From Candidatus Latescibacterota bacterium (GTDB taxonomy: Bacteria > Latescibacterota > UBA2968 > GCA-2709665): 64,000 bases of DNA. Position numbers and translations under genes: made by a program. Of this stretch, positions 50,941 through 61,573 are shown piece after piece. Numbering within the stretch: the stretch's first letter is position 1; each line of letters opens with the position of its first letter. The notes below the pieces were generated by a model, which did no database searches, had not been told where the DNA came from, and saw only the letters and a program-made list of their open reading frames with translations. The DNA lies in the NCBI GenBank assembly GCA_965237675.1, contig OZ250150.1, positions 5,472,001 to 5,536,000 on the forward strand, in the 5' to 3' direction.

Positions 50941-51162
50941 GTCCGCTCAGCAAAAACCCCCGCGCCGCGCGCCGGTCCATGAGCCAGCAGCAATGAGCCA
51001 ATGGGAACGGCCGTCTATCTTCCCTGTACCGCAGCACCGGCCGGGAAAATTGTGACGGCCGAACGGAAAAGTCGGGAACCACCCTGCGCCAGATGCGTCT
51101 ATATCTTGAAATCGACAAAAAGACTTGACATGTTTACGGCGATTATCGTAATTTTCCCGCTT

Positions 51163-51284
51163 GGCGAGATCGGAGGACGTCCGATCCCCGGAAGCCCGAG
51201 GGAATGGTCTCCGGCGTCCGAGACTCCGGTTCCGCAAAGGCTCTAACGTCCCGCACCAATGGAGGACGCCTTCGAATCCTCACC
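51163..51284 (+). ncRNA. candidate structured small RNA (rod-like, possibly 6S-like)
   Basis: TTGACA at 51125; complementary ends and nested stems AGCCC/GGGCT, GGAA/TTCC, GTCTC/GAGAC. Confidence 0.35.
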
Positions 51285-51537
51285 GGATCTTCGCAAGCGG
51301 TATCGCCTCTTCGATCAGCATAATGGGGATGTTGTCTTCAATCGGATACAGATATGCGCCGTCCTCCCGAACGAGGCCTCCGTCAACCGGGTTCTCGACA
51401 GGGGTTCCCCCCCGATTGCACACCTCGCCCTTTTCAATTAGCCCGTTGATTCTTTCAATCAGTTCCCGACCTGCCAGACTGACGGGTGTTTTGTTCTCCG
51501 GGCAGGCCAGAATATCGAGCAGTTCCTTGTCGATCAC
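51280..51537 (-). CDS. Trm112-family protein
   Basis: LLDILACPE..YPIEDNIPIMLIEEA. Confidence 0.9.
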   Translation of the reverse strand: MIDKELLDILACPENKTPVSLAGRELIERINGLIEKGEVCNRGGTPVENPVDGGLVREDGAYLYPIEDNIPIMLIEEAIPLAKIR

Positions 51538-52069
51538 CCCGAGCCCCTTTCAAATACAGACATTCAAATCACGGATTTCGTCCTCGTCAACGCACGGAAG
51601 CTGTCTTAAAACCCCCGGCGGTCTTCGCGCGGCTGCAAAAGCGTCGGGCGGGGACTCACTCAGGAATCTTAAAGCAGCTTCTCATGTTGAGAGAAAATAT
51701 ACAACAAGGGGTTGTCGAACAAGCATTTTTCCGGCAGGAGCGCCTATTCTGAACATTCGCTGACGAGTTTTGCCCGTTGTTCCGCTGTGCCGTTCCACAA
51801 TCGACCTCGCCGCCAAGGCGGGGATTCCGCTGACGATCACCGCCCCCTCATCCGGGGCGTACGGCGCTTTGTGGACGTGTTGTCAAAACCCCTGGCGAGT
51901 GGAGTGCCTGTGCCGTTACAGAGATTACCCGGGTCGCCGGACAAGAAAAGGGGCGCACACCGTTCAACCCCTCTCCGCACCCGGTTTTTTGTGTCCTATC
52001 GCCCACGGAATTTACGTCCGGAGCAATCGCATGATTAAGACACCGCCACACCTCAAGGAGCCGAACCCA

Positions 52070-53116
52070 ATGAAAAACAACCCGTTGTGCGTGTGCCTGA
52101 TCGGCATCTTTCTCTCCGTCGCGTTCGTATCTCCGGGCCCGTCGTGGGCGACGCCTGAGAGCCAGGCCGCCGCGCCGTTTCTTCTGTTCCAGCCCAGCGC
52201 GCGTTCCGCGGGGATGGGTGAAGCCTATATTGCGATTGCCGACGGCGCCAACGCGACCTATTACAATCCTGCCGCCCTTGCCGACGACATTAGCAGGCAC
52301 ATGAGCACCACGATGTACAAACCCGTTCCATCCCTGGCCAGCGATATATTCACCTCTTTCGGCGCCTACACGCAGCCGGTCGACGGCGTGGGCAACCTGG
52401 GCTTCAGCCTGATCTACACGTCCCTGGGATCCCAGCACCGTACCGACTCCCAGGGGCAGGACCTGGGCAAATTTACGAGCTTCGGCCTGGCCGTGGCGGT
52501 TTCGTACGGCACGTTTGTCGTGAGAGACGTCTCAGTGGGCGCTACCATGAAATTTATACACGAGAAACTGGCCAGTCAGGGCGCGGGCATTGAAAAGGGC
52601 AAAGGTGCCGGCACGTCTTTCGCGGGCGACCTGGGATTCATGTGGAAAGCCACCGATCGGTTCACCCTGGCATGGGTGCTGCGCAACGTGGGGCCGAACA
52701 TTACGTTTATCGATGCGGATCAGGCCGACCCGCTTCCACAGAATTTCACCATTGGCATTGCCAATACGGTGCTCCAGCGCGGGAACTCAACGCTCGTGTT
52801 CGCCGCGGATATCTATAAGCCCTTGGCCGACAAAGGCGTTTTTTCCTTTGTCACCGGCTGGAACGACCGCAACGTCAGCGAGGAACTCCAGGATATCGAC
52901 TACCATACCGGCATCGAATGGAAATACAACCTGTCCGAAGAATCCGCCTTCGCCCTGCGGACGGGATATTTCCACGATCAGGATGGCGACAGGAAAAGCC
53001 CCACCTTCGGTCTGGGCCTCAAATACAACTGGGCGTCGTTCGATCTCTCCTACTTCGCCAGGAGCAACTCCGCCCTCCGGAACGTCTTTCGCTTTACGGG
53101 CGGATTCTCTTTCTAG
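52070..53116 (+). CDS. PorV/PorQ-family outer-membrane barrel
   Basis: FLLFQPSARSAGMGEA, YYNPA, ADPLP, C-terminal Phe. Confidence 0.88.
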   Translation: MKNNPLCVCLIGIFLSVAFVSPGPSWATPESQAAAPFLLFQPSARSAGMGEAYIAIADGANATYYNPAALADDISRHMSTTMYKPVPSLASDIFTSFGAYTQPVDGVGNLGFSLIYTSLGSQHRTDSQGQDLGKFTSFGLAVAVSYGTFVVRDVSVGATMKFIHEKLASQGAGIEKGKGAGTSFAGDLGFMWKATDRFTLAWVLRNVGPNITFIDADQADPLPQNFTIGIANTVLQRGNSTLVFAADIYKPLADKGVFSFVTGWNDRNVSEELQDIDYHTGIEWKYNLSEESAFALRTGYFHDQDGDRKSPTFGLGLKYNWASFDLSYFARSNSALRNVFRFTGGFSF

Positions 53117-53188
53117 AACGATGGAACGGCAGGACGGCTTTCCCGTCTGCCGTTTTTCGTTTGACTTCTCAAAGGGTCGAAAACCATC

Positions 53189-56100
53189 GTGTGGTTGCGG
53201 CGGGTTGAACCCATTCGCAGATTGCAAATAGCGCAGAGGAAAACGACATCGACGTTCCTTCTCGCCGTTTGCTTTTTTTGTCTCGTTCTTCCTCCGTTTG
53301 TCGTTCAGGGCGCAGAGGAAACCTGGCGCATCCTTGCGGTTCGGGTCTCCTTTTCCGTGGAAGACCCCGACGACGGGACCACCAGCGGAGACGGCGCCTT
53401 CGATCTCCGGACTTTCGATACGGTCCGCGATGGTTATATCTTCCCGTTCGACGCCCCCCCGCACGACAAATCCTATTTTGAAGCGCACCTTCAGGCCCTG
53501 CGCAACTATTACCGGGAAGTCTCCGGGGGGCGGCTTGAAATCGAATTCGAGGTCTTTCCGGAGGATCCGAACGGCAGCTACGTCATAGACGGACCCCTGA
53601 AGGAATACGGCAACGGGCGCACGCGGACCGAAATCGCCCAGCGCATCACGCAGCTGTTTCGGGACGGCATCGCGGCTGCGGACACGGCCGAGGGTGAGGG
53701 CTTGGACTTTTCCGGTTTCCAGGCCTTCGTCGTCTTTCATGCCGGGCTGGGAGCGGAAGCCGGCGGGCAGGCCATCAACGATATCCCGTCCGCTTTTGTC
53801 TCCGGTAACGACCTCGACCGGTTTGCGAACGGACCCATCGTTGTGGACGACGGCGGGGCGGTCGTCCGTAACGGCATGTTACTTCCCGAAGCCGTCAGTA
53901 CGGATGGACGGGGCGGTCTGAATGGCACCGTCGTTCGTTTCTTCGCGCATCAACTCGGCCTCCCGGGGCTGTCCAATTTTGAAGATGAACTCCCCGCCGT
54001 GGGAGACTGGAGCCCGTTGGATACGGGGGGTCCCGGCGCCTTGGCCTCCGCCGCCCGCCTGAACCTGCAGCCGCTTACCGGAGACCCGGCGGACAGCCTG
54101 CTCATCGGCTTCGTCCCGAGCCGCCTCCTCGCGTGGTCCCGTATCCGCCTCGGATGGCTGGAGCCGAGGGTCGTCACGCATAACGCCACGCTGCGGCTGG
54201 TTGCGCCGCACGTTGTCGGTTCCGACCTGCCCCAGGCCCTGAAAGTCCCACTCAGCGCCACCGAGTACTTTCTCCTGGAAAACCGCATCTCCCGCCTGGG
54301 CGTATACGGGCGGAAGCCGAGGATTGAATTTTCACCAGGGGACCGCGTGTGGCTCTCCGTGGACGATTACGACGCCTTTATTCCAGGTTCCGGCATTCTG
54401 ATCTGGCACGTGGACGACGCCGTCATCCAGGCCAGCGGCGAGGGCGTTGCCATCAACAGCAATCCGCAGTACCTCATCGCCCGGGGGCAATATCGGCGCG
54501 GTATCTCGCTGGAGGAGGCGGACGGCCTGGAAGACATCGGCAACAACGCCGCGGATCGCATCGTGCAGGCCGGCATCATCAGCCTGCAGACGATTGAAGG
54601 CGGACCCCGGGATCCGTTCTACGCGGGCAACGCCACACGCTTCGGGCCGGATACCGTGCCCGGCACAAACAGCAACCTGAACTATCCCACCGGCATCACG
54701 GTCCGGATCCTCAGCCCTCCTGCCGATACCATGGTCGTGTCCATCACGTTCGACTACCACCAGGACGCGTGGCCGGCAACCGGGCTGGCGCACGTCGGTC
54801 TGCAGGCCCCCCGGGCCATCGACCTGAACGGCGACGGCGTCAAGGAAATCCTCCGCAGCGGGGGCGACATCGGCTCCGTCCCGGTCGATCCCCCTCCCGC
54901 GGGTCCGAACGGCCTGCCGCTGTCCCTATCCGGACACCCTGCCGTGCTGGAGCCGGGCGCCGCGTTTCCGTTCCACACCGCTTATACCCCCGCCGTGGGG
55001 GATGTCGATGGAGATGGCGAAGACGATTTCATCTACGCACGCGGCGGAACGCCAGTCCTCTGGCGGCACACGAACGCCGGCGCCCCGCCCGCAGACCCCA
55101 CGCCGGGGCCCGAGGCCGAGATCTCCTGCCCTCCGCTCATCGCACCGTTTCCGGACGACCCCGTGGATATCTGGGGCTGGGCGAACGGCGCCGTCACCTG
55201 GGGAAACCTGCAGGGGGCGAATGAGGGGCTCGCGGACACGGGCGACGGGCCCGTCGTGGGCCTGGCATCCGGTAACGTAGACGGCGACCCTGCCAACGAG
55301 CTGGTTGCCCTCGACGGCACCGGCGGTCTCTTCATCGTGGAAGCAAACGGACAGGTACAACAGTTGGCCGTCCTTTCCAAACCTGTTCTTGGCGGACCCG
55401 TGCTGGGCGACCTGGACCGGGACGGACGGGATGAGATCGTAACGCTGGATGCGGACGGTGTGGTATCCATTTTTTCCAACGGAGAAATGACGGCGCAAAG
55501 TGTGCCTGTCCCGGGGGGCGCCGGATCGGCGCCGGTGCTGGGCGACCTGGACGAAGACGGTTACATCGAGGTGCTCTTCGGCGGCGAGGGGCGCCTGTGG
55601 GTGGTACGCTTCAACGGGGTGCATCAGACGGATACCCCGCTTGCCTTTCCGCTCAAGGACGAAACCGGCCCGATATCCGCGCCGCCCGTCCTGGCCGACA
55701 TCAACCTGGACGGCGACCTGGACATCTTCGCGGCCACACAGGGCGGCCTGGTGTACGGGCTTGGCGCCGATGGCTCCAGCCTTCCGTCGTTTCCTCTTCC
55801 CGTTTCGGGCCCGGTTCACGCCTCGCCCCTGGTTGACGACCTGGACGGCGACGGGACCCTCGAACTGGCCGTCTTTACGGCGGACGGCGCGGCGTATCTC
55901 TGGCACCTGGAAACCTTCGATGCCCACTTTACGGGCAATCGTCTGGTCTGGAGCCAGGCCGGGGGCGGGCCGGGCAACGCGAATCGGCTTCTCCGGCTGC
56001 CCGGCGACCCGCCGTTGGAAACCACCTCGCTGCTTCTGCCCCCGGACCAGATCTACTGCTATCCCAACCCCATACGAGGGACGTCGGCCACGCTTCGGTT

Positions 56101-56317
56101 TTTCCTCGGGAAAAGCGCCCGCATCCAGGTGGCCGTGCTCAACGCGCTGGGAGAAATCGTGGACCGGATGACCATGGAGAATCCGACGCCCCGTACGGAC
56201 AACGAACTCCGCTGGAACACCGGCGACTATGCCAGCGGTTTCTACGTGTGCCGGGTGGAAGCCATCTCGGAAGACCGATCCGAAGTCCGATTCGTCAAAA
56301 CCGCCGTCATCAAATAA
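53189..56317 (+). CDS. M6-like domain + FG-GAP repeats + T9SS-like C-terminal domain protein
   Basis: HAG, EYFLLENR, GILIWHVD, many GDLDxDG repeats, YPNP. Confidence 0.85.
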   Translation: MWLRRVEPIRRLQIAQRKTTSTFLLAVCFFCLVLPPFVVQGAEETWRILAVRVSFSVEDPDDGTTSGDGAFDLRTFDTVRDGYIFPFDAPPHDKSYFEAHLQALRNYYREVSGGRLEIEFEVFPEDPNGSYVIDGPLKEYGNGRTRTEIAQRITQLFRDGIAAADTAEGEGLDFSGFQAFVVFHAGLGAEAGGQAINDIPSAFVSGNDLDRFANGPIVVDDGGAVVRNGMLLPEAVSTDGRGGLNGTVVRFFAHQLGLPGLSNFEDELPAVGDWSPLDTGGPGALASAARLNLQPLTGDPADSLLIGFVPSRLLAWSRIRLGWLEPRVVTHNATLRLVAPHVVGSDLPQALKVPLSATEYFLLENRISRLGVYGRKPRIEFSPGDRVWLSVDDYDAFIPGSGILIWHVDDAVIQASGEGVAINSNPQYLIARGQYRRGISLEEADGLEDIGNNAADRIVQAGIISLQTIEGGPRDPFYAGNATRFGPDTVPGTNSNLNYPTGITVRILSPPADTMVVSITFDYHQDAWPATGLAHVGLQAPRAIDLNGDGVKEILRSGGDIGSVPVDPPPAGPNGLPLSLSGHPAVLEPGAAFPFHTAYTPAVGDVDGDGEDDFIYARGGTPVLWRHTNAGAPPADPTPGPEAEISCPPLIAPFPDDPVDIWGWANGAVTWGNLQGANEGLADTGDGPVVGLASGNVDGDPANELVALDGTGGLFIVEANGQVQQLAVLSKPVLGGPVLGDLDRDGRDEIVTLDADGVVSIFSNGEMTAQSVPVPGGAGSAPVLGDLDEDGYIEVLFGGEGRLWVVRFNGVHQTDTPLAFPLKDETGPISAPPVLADINLDGDLDIFAATQGGLVYGLGADGSSLPSFPLPVSGPVHASPLVDDLDGDGTLELAVFTADGAAYLWHLETFDAHFTGNRLVWSQAGGGPGNANRLLRLPGDPPLETTSLLLPPDQIYCYPNPIRGTSATLRFFLGKSARIQVAVLNALGEIVDRMTMENPTPRTDNELRWNTGDYASGFYVCRVEAISEDRSEVRFVKTAVIK

Positions 56318-56324
56318 CCGTCCG

Positions 56325-59300
56325 ATGCTTACGATGGATATCCCGGAAATACTTTGCAGACGGCAGACCTACAAGAACGGCCATGCGCGTGGTTCATCGG
56401 GCATGATCCTCACGATCTGCCTTGCCCTCGCGTTGTCAGCGACGCCGCCCGCCGGCGCCCAGTTCGACGCCAACCATCCCGAACTGCGCTGGGAGGTCCT
56501 GGAGACCGCGCACTTTAAAATTTACTTCCATCAGGGTCTCGGCGACTATGCCAGGCGCGCCGCGGCGGCCGCTGAAACCGTGTACGGCCCCGTCACGGAG
56601 TTCTACAAGTTCACACCGGACGAAAAGATTCGCCTGATTGTCAAGGACACCGACGACTACGCCAACGGCGCGGCCCTCTATTACCACAACACCATGGAAA
56701 TCTGGGCATCCAACCTGGACTTCGAACTGCGCGGCGACACCGACTGGCTCCGGAATGTGATCGCCCACGAATTCACCCACATCATCGCCCTGCAGACCGC
56801 CCGCAAGGGTCCACGGCGTCTACCGGCCGTCTACTTCCACTATCTGGGCTACCAGAACGAAGAGCGGCGGGATGATATTCTTACGGGGTATCCGGACGTC
56901 TTTGCATCTTACGCCATCCCCCTCACCATTGTGCCGCCATGGTTCGCCGAGGGTACCGCCCAGTACATGGCGCCGGGCGTGCGTTTCGACCGCTGGGACT
57001 CCCACCGCGACATGATCCTGCGCATGGCCACGTTGAACAACCGACTGCTCACTTACGATGAAATGGGGGTGTTCGGCTCCAAGACCGGCCTGGGGCTTGA
57101 AAAAGTGTACGACCACGGCTACGCCCTGACCCTGTTTATCGTCAACACCTTCGGCGAGGACAAACTGCCGAGGATCTATCGCAATATGACCACGCTCTGG
57201 CGGACCGACTTTGAATCCGCCATCCACGGCGCGATCGGCATTTCCGGCCGCGAACTCCACCGTCGGTGGGTCACCGCCCTGGAAGAGCGGTACGAAGTCC
57301 GGAAGGCCGAACTTGAAGGACGCCTTGCCGAGGGCGAAATCCTGCACGACAAGGGTTATTTCAACCTCCACCCCCGCTGGTCGCCGGATGGGAAACATCT
57401 GGCTTATCTGTCCAATCAGGGGAACGACTTCGGCCGTACCGCGCTGGTTGTGCAGACCCTTTCCGACAGTACGTCCGAGACACTCGCCGGCGGCGCCAAC
57501 ACGGCGCCGGACTGGTCGCCGAACGGCCCCCGCCTGATTTTTGCGCGCCGAAGCCCACCAGACAGACACGGTTCCCGGTTCTGGGATCTCTACACCGTTG
57601 ACCCGACCGCGCCGCGGGCCGGCGGCCTGTTTCAAAAGACCAGAGCGACGCTCGGTCTGTCTCTGGAATTGCCACCCAACCAGAATCGTCTGACTCGCGG
57701 CCTCCGGGCCAGCCATCCGGCCTATTCGCCCGATGGAAGACAGATCGCATTCGTCGTTAACGGCAGCGGCTCCACCAACCTGGCCGTGATGGACCTCGCC
57801 GGTGGCAACGTTCGCCGGCTCACGTCGTTCGACGATGGCTCACAGGTTTACACGCCGCGCTGGTCGCCCGACGGTTCGCAGATCGCCTGCTCGGTCTTCC
57901 GTCCAACGGATACCAGGCATATCGCCGTTATTCCCGTGGATGGCGGCCGGTTGGCCCCCGTCATCTCCTCCGCCGGCACGGACCGTGATCCGTGCTGGAC
58001 TCCCGATGGGGCGGGTCTGGTTTTTTCCTCGGATCAGGACGGTATCTTCAATCTCTACCATTTAAACCTGATCGACGGGTCCGTGCACCGCATCACCCGC
58101 GTTCTGGGCGGCGCCCTGCAGCCTCACGTCAATCCGAAAGACCATCGTATCGCCTTCTCCCATTACGGCGCGCCTGGTTACGAGATCCGGGTCATTTCCG
58201 GCAAAGGCGCCTGGGAGCCGATGACTTCCGGTATCTTCGAGCCCGACGCCAGGCCCTCTCCCGCCGCCGTGGCGGGCGATGAGGCCGGTCCGAAGGCCCG
58301 GTCCTACGGCAACGAATTCTCAACATGCTCGATCTATCCCCGCATCGCCGTGGACGCGGGAAAGATCAAACTGGGTATCTTCGCCGGTTCCAACGACATT
58401 CTCAACAAGCAGTCCCTCCTTGTGGGAGCCATGGTCGCCCGTGACAGGGACCTGGATCTCTTCGCCATCTACGAATATCGGCGGTGGCGTCCCACGGTCT
58501 TCCTGGAAGCCTATCGAGCCGTCCGTCATGAAGAAGGCGACGTACTCAACCGGGACGAAAACTTCCGCATCTTCAGCCAGACATTCACACTTTCAGGCGC
58601 TGAACTTGGCGCCAGGCGCAGGTTCGGCACCGGCAGCCGCCTGGACGCCCGTTTCATCTACAACCTGTCGTCCACAGGCCAGGACGTGGCCCGTTTCAAC
58701 GGCATGGATCAAGTCAGCGTGGGCGCCACCACCCTTCATGGCTTCAATTTTGCATTCACGTATTCTCTGCGCAACATCAGCCGGACAAGAGACAGGGAGA
58801 TCAATCCGCGGGCCGGCCGGGAGATGATGTTCCGCTACGACCGGCAATTCAACTTCTTCATCAGCGGGTTTAAAGAGAACACGTCCCTCCTGATCGAAAC
58901 GTTCGACCGCTACTTTTACAACCGGTTTACGCTGAGCTGGAACGAATACCTGCCGGTGGGTCCCGGTCGCGGCACGCTGGGGCTGCGCTTCTACGGCGGG
59001 CTGATCGACAGAGAAGTGGACGACTACTTCGATTACTTCCTCGGCGGCTTGCCGTATATGAAGGGTTATACGTTTTATAGCCTGGAAGGGCGCAGGGCCG
59101 CCATGTTCCGAGCCGCGTACCGCTTCCCGATCCGGACCGGGATGGATCGTCAGACCGGCCCCATCTACTCCGACCAGCTCTTCGGATCCATCTTCGCCGG
59201 CATCGGTCGCGCCTGGGACGGCGACGGCATGGACAACGCCCTCAACCGCGGCTGGAAGCGGGATGTCGGTGTCCAGATCCGCTACGACGCCACTTCCTTT

Positions 59301-59450
59301 TACACGTTTCCTACACGCGCCAGCCTCGACTTCGCATACGGCATTGATACGTTACCAAGGGTTGTCCCAGGCGAGCAATTGGAAAGAAGCGGTCTCAAAA
59401 TCTACTTCGCCCTGCTCTTCGGCTACCTTCAAAGCGTCGGAGGAAGATAG
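56325..59450 (+). CDS. zinc-peptidase-like + TolB/PD40 propeller + outer-membrane barrel protein
   Basis: HEFTH, WFAEG, WSPDG repeats, aromatic-rich barrel-like C-terminus. Confidence 0.85.
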   Translation: MLTMDIPEILCRRQTYKNGHARGSSGMILTICLALALSATPPAGAQFDANHPELRWEVLETAHFKIYFHQGLGDYARRAAAAAETVYGPVTEFYKFTPDEKIRLIVKDTDDYANGAALYYHNTMEIWASNLDFELRGDTDWLRNVIAHEFTHIIALQTARKGPRRLPAVYFHYLGYQNEERRDDILTGYPDVFASYAIPLTIVPPWFAEGTAQYMAPGVRFDRWDSHRDMILRMATLNNRLLTYDEMGVFGSKTGLGLEKVYDHGYALTLFIVNTFGEDKLPRIYRNMTTLWRTDFESAIHGAIGISGRELHRRWVTALEERYEVRKAELEGRLAEGEILHDKGYFNLHPRWSPDGKHLAYLSNQGNDFGRTALVVQTLSDSTSETLAGGANTAPDWSPNGPRLIFARRSPPDRHGSRFWDLYTVDPTAPRAGGLFQKTRATLGLSLELPPNQNRLTRGLRASHPAYSPDGRQIAFVVNGSGSTNLAVMDLAGGNVRRLTSFDDGSQVYTPRWSPDGSQIACSVFRPTDTRHIAVIPVDGGRLAPVISSAGTDRDPCWTPDGAGLVFSSDQDGIFNLYHLNLIDGSVHRITRVLGGALQPHVNPKDHRIAFSHYGAPGYEIRVISGKGAWEPMTSGIFEPDARPSPAAVAGDEAGPKARSYGNEFSTCSIYPRIAVDAGKIKLGIFAGSNDILNKQSLLVGAMVARDRDLDLFAIYEYRRWRPTVFLEAYRAVRHEEGDVLNRDENFRIFSQTFTLSGAELGARRRFGTGSRLDARFIYNLSSTGQDVARFNGMDQVSVGATTLHGFNFAFTYSLRNISRTRDREINPRAGREMMFRYDRQFNFFISGFKENTSLLIETFDRYFYNRFTLSWNEYLPVGPGRGTLGLRFYGGLIDREVDDYFDYFLGGLPYMKGYTFYSLEGRRAAMFRAAYRFPIRTGMDRQTGPIYSDQLFGSIFAGIGRAWDGDGMDNALNRGWKRDVGVQIRYDATSFYTFPTRASLDFAYGIDTLPRVVPGEQLERSGLKIYFALLFGYLQSVGGR

Positions 59451-59460
59451 ACGAAAAGCG

Positions 59461-59759
59461 GGGAGACGGGAGAGGGAAGACGTGAGAAGACGTCCGTGCC
59501 CGATTGGTTCTTCCTTTATGCCCTTGGCAAGAAATGAAACCGCACGGGGCAGACAATCTCTCCCCTCTAACGTCTACGTCTAACTTCGGTAAGACGTGAG
59601 TCGGGAGACGGGAGAGGGAAGACGTGAGAAGACGTCCGTGCCCGATTGGTTCTTCCTTTATGCCCTTGGCAAGAAATGAAACCGCACGGGGCAGACAATC
59701 TCTCCCCTCTAACGTCTACGTCTAACTTCGGTAAGACGTGAGTCGGGAGACGGGAGAGG
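59461..59759. repeat. 142-bp tandem direct repeat (two copies plus a partial)
   Basis: 59461-59602 equals 59603-59744. Confidence 0.85.
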
Positions 59760-60098
59760 AATACCTTAACGCCTGATGCGGCGCCACGTCAAAAAGGGAT
59801 AGATCCAATACACAATGATGAATCTTGCCGACCATATCCCTGATATTGACAAAACGCGTACCCACATAAACCGTGCCAGTTTCTTTGCCGCTATCGTAAC
59901 GATCAGAAAAACCATACGGCACTCATATCTTCTCCCGTCTAACGTCTAACGTCTTACCTCGGAATGAGATTGACATAACAGCGTTTCCACGTAATCCGTG
60001 CCGATTCTTCAGGCATTGGTTACGGCAAATCCAGGCACTCATATCCTCTCCCCTCTTCCGTCTCACGTCTTCCCGTTTCTTTCAAACAGGAGTTCGCC

Positions 60099-60830
60099 GT
60101 GCGCCGCCTCTTTCCCATGCTGATCCTTTTGGCCGCCCTCCCGGTCCATGCCGCGGACATGCGCGACCCCGGTCCCTCTCGTGCGAATCGATGGCTTCAG
60201 GATGACGAACCGCTCCGACCCAGCGGCAAATCGCCCAAACTGGCCTTCGCGATGTCTCTCGTGATTCCCGGGCTGGGTGAACTCTACGCGGGCGAGCCGA
60301 AACGGGCGGCAGTTTTCCTGGGCATCGAAGCGTTCACGTGGTTAAACTACTTCCGATGGCGGAGCAAGGGCAACGACCTCAAGGCGGAATTTCGCGCCTT
60401 TGCGGACCGGAATTGGGACGAGATCCGATATCGCGCGTGGCACGAATACAACAGGTCCAAGGGCTCGCCTTATATTGAAACCGAAACCCTGCCCTGCAAA
60501 CAGAACCGGGCCGAATGCGCAACCGTGGACGCCCAGCAATACTACGAGATGATCGGTAAGTACGACCAGTTTGTGTTCGGCTGGAGCGACGTCCGCGACG
60601 AGGGCTTTGAAACCGGAAACGGCGATGTGACCTCCAACCTGCGAATCGATTACGAGAACCAGCGCAACGAAAGCAACAAACTGCTCAAACGCGCCTCGGT
60701 CATTGTTGGCCTGACGGTCGTCAACCGCATTGCGAGTTCCATCCATGCCGCGTCACGGGCACGGTCCGTGCGAATCTCCGTATCGCCCGGCCCCGAACGG
60801 ACCGACGTGGCGATCCACCTCCCGTTCTGA
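60099..60830 (+). CDS. DUF5683-like protein
   Basis: KSPKLAFAMSLVIPGLGELYAG, YYEMIGKYDQF. Confidence 0.8.
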   Translation: MRRLFPMLILLAALPVHAADMRDPGPSRANRWLQDDEPLRPSGKSPKLAFAMSLVIPGLGELYAGEPKRAAVFLGIEAFTWLNYFRWRSKGNDLKAEFRAFADRNWDEIRYRAWHEYNRSKGSPYIETETLPCKQNRAECATVDAQQYYEMIGKYDQFVFGWSDVRDEGFETGNGDVTSNLRIDYENQRNESNKLLKRASVIVGLTVVNRIASSIHAASRARSVRISVSPGPERTDVAIHLPF

Positions 60831-60864
60831 TCGCCAGGTCAACGCGTTTTCCAAGAAAACTTGC

Positions 60865-61512
60865 ATGGCAAACCCATTCTCAAGATCCTTTGTCTTTCGC
60901 GCGGTCATTTCGTTCGTCCTGATCGGCGGGCCGTCCGCCGGATACGCGAAGGGTAAGTCCCCCGCCAAAGCCGCGGTGCTATCGCTCGTTCTTCCCGGTC
61001 TGGGCGAGTTCTACGCCGGCGGCCACCGATCCGCCCGCTTCTTTGTGGTCACGGAAGGGGTCTTCTGGACCGGCATGGCCACCTTCCGGGTCCTGGAATC
61101 CTACCGCGTCGACGCGTATCGCGCCCACGCTTCCGCCCATGCCGGCATTCGTCTGGAGATCCTGCCCGAGTCCTTCATCAAGGAAGTGGGAACCTACGAC
61201 AGCATTTACGAGCGAAACCTCCGCGAACGTTTCCTTGCCGGCGAACACGCGAATTTGCGGCCCCAGACCCGGGATCGGATCTGGGAGTGGGATGCCGAAA
61301 CCTCCCGCATCAAGTTTCAGGAACTGCGCAGCAAGGCCACTTCCGCGGAGCAGAAAGCCTTCCTCTTTGTCGGCGGCCTGATATTCAACCGCTTCGCCAG
61401 TGCGCTCAACGCCGCGTCCATTGCGCGCAAGACCCGCCCGCGGGCAAGCGGCGTGAAGCTTCGCGTGGATCCCCGTGGCGGCCTATATGCAAGTCTCAGA
61501 CACGGCTTCTGA
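60865..61512 (+). CDS. DUF5683-like protein (paralog)
   Basis: KSPAKAAVLSLVLPGLGEFYAG. Confidence 0.8.
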   Translation: MANPFSRSFVFRAVISFVLIGGPSAGYAKGKSPAKAAVLSLVLPGLGEFYAGGHRSARFFVVTEGVFWTGMATFRVLESYRVDAYRAHASAHAGIRLEILPESFIKEVGTYDSIYERNLRERFLAGEHANLRPQTRDRIWEWDAETSRIKFQELRSKATSAEQKAFLFVGGLIFNRFASALNAASIARKTRPRASGVKLRVDPRGGLYASLRHGF

Positions 61513-61573
61513 TTCCCATCCCTCGCAGAGTGCCCGCGCAATCCGGCCGCAGCCGTGAAAGGGCAGAAACGAC

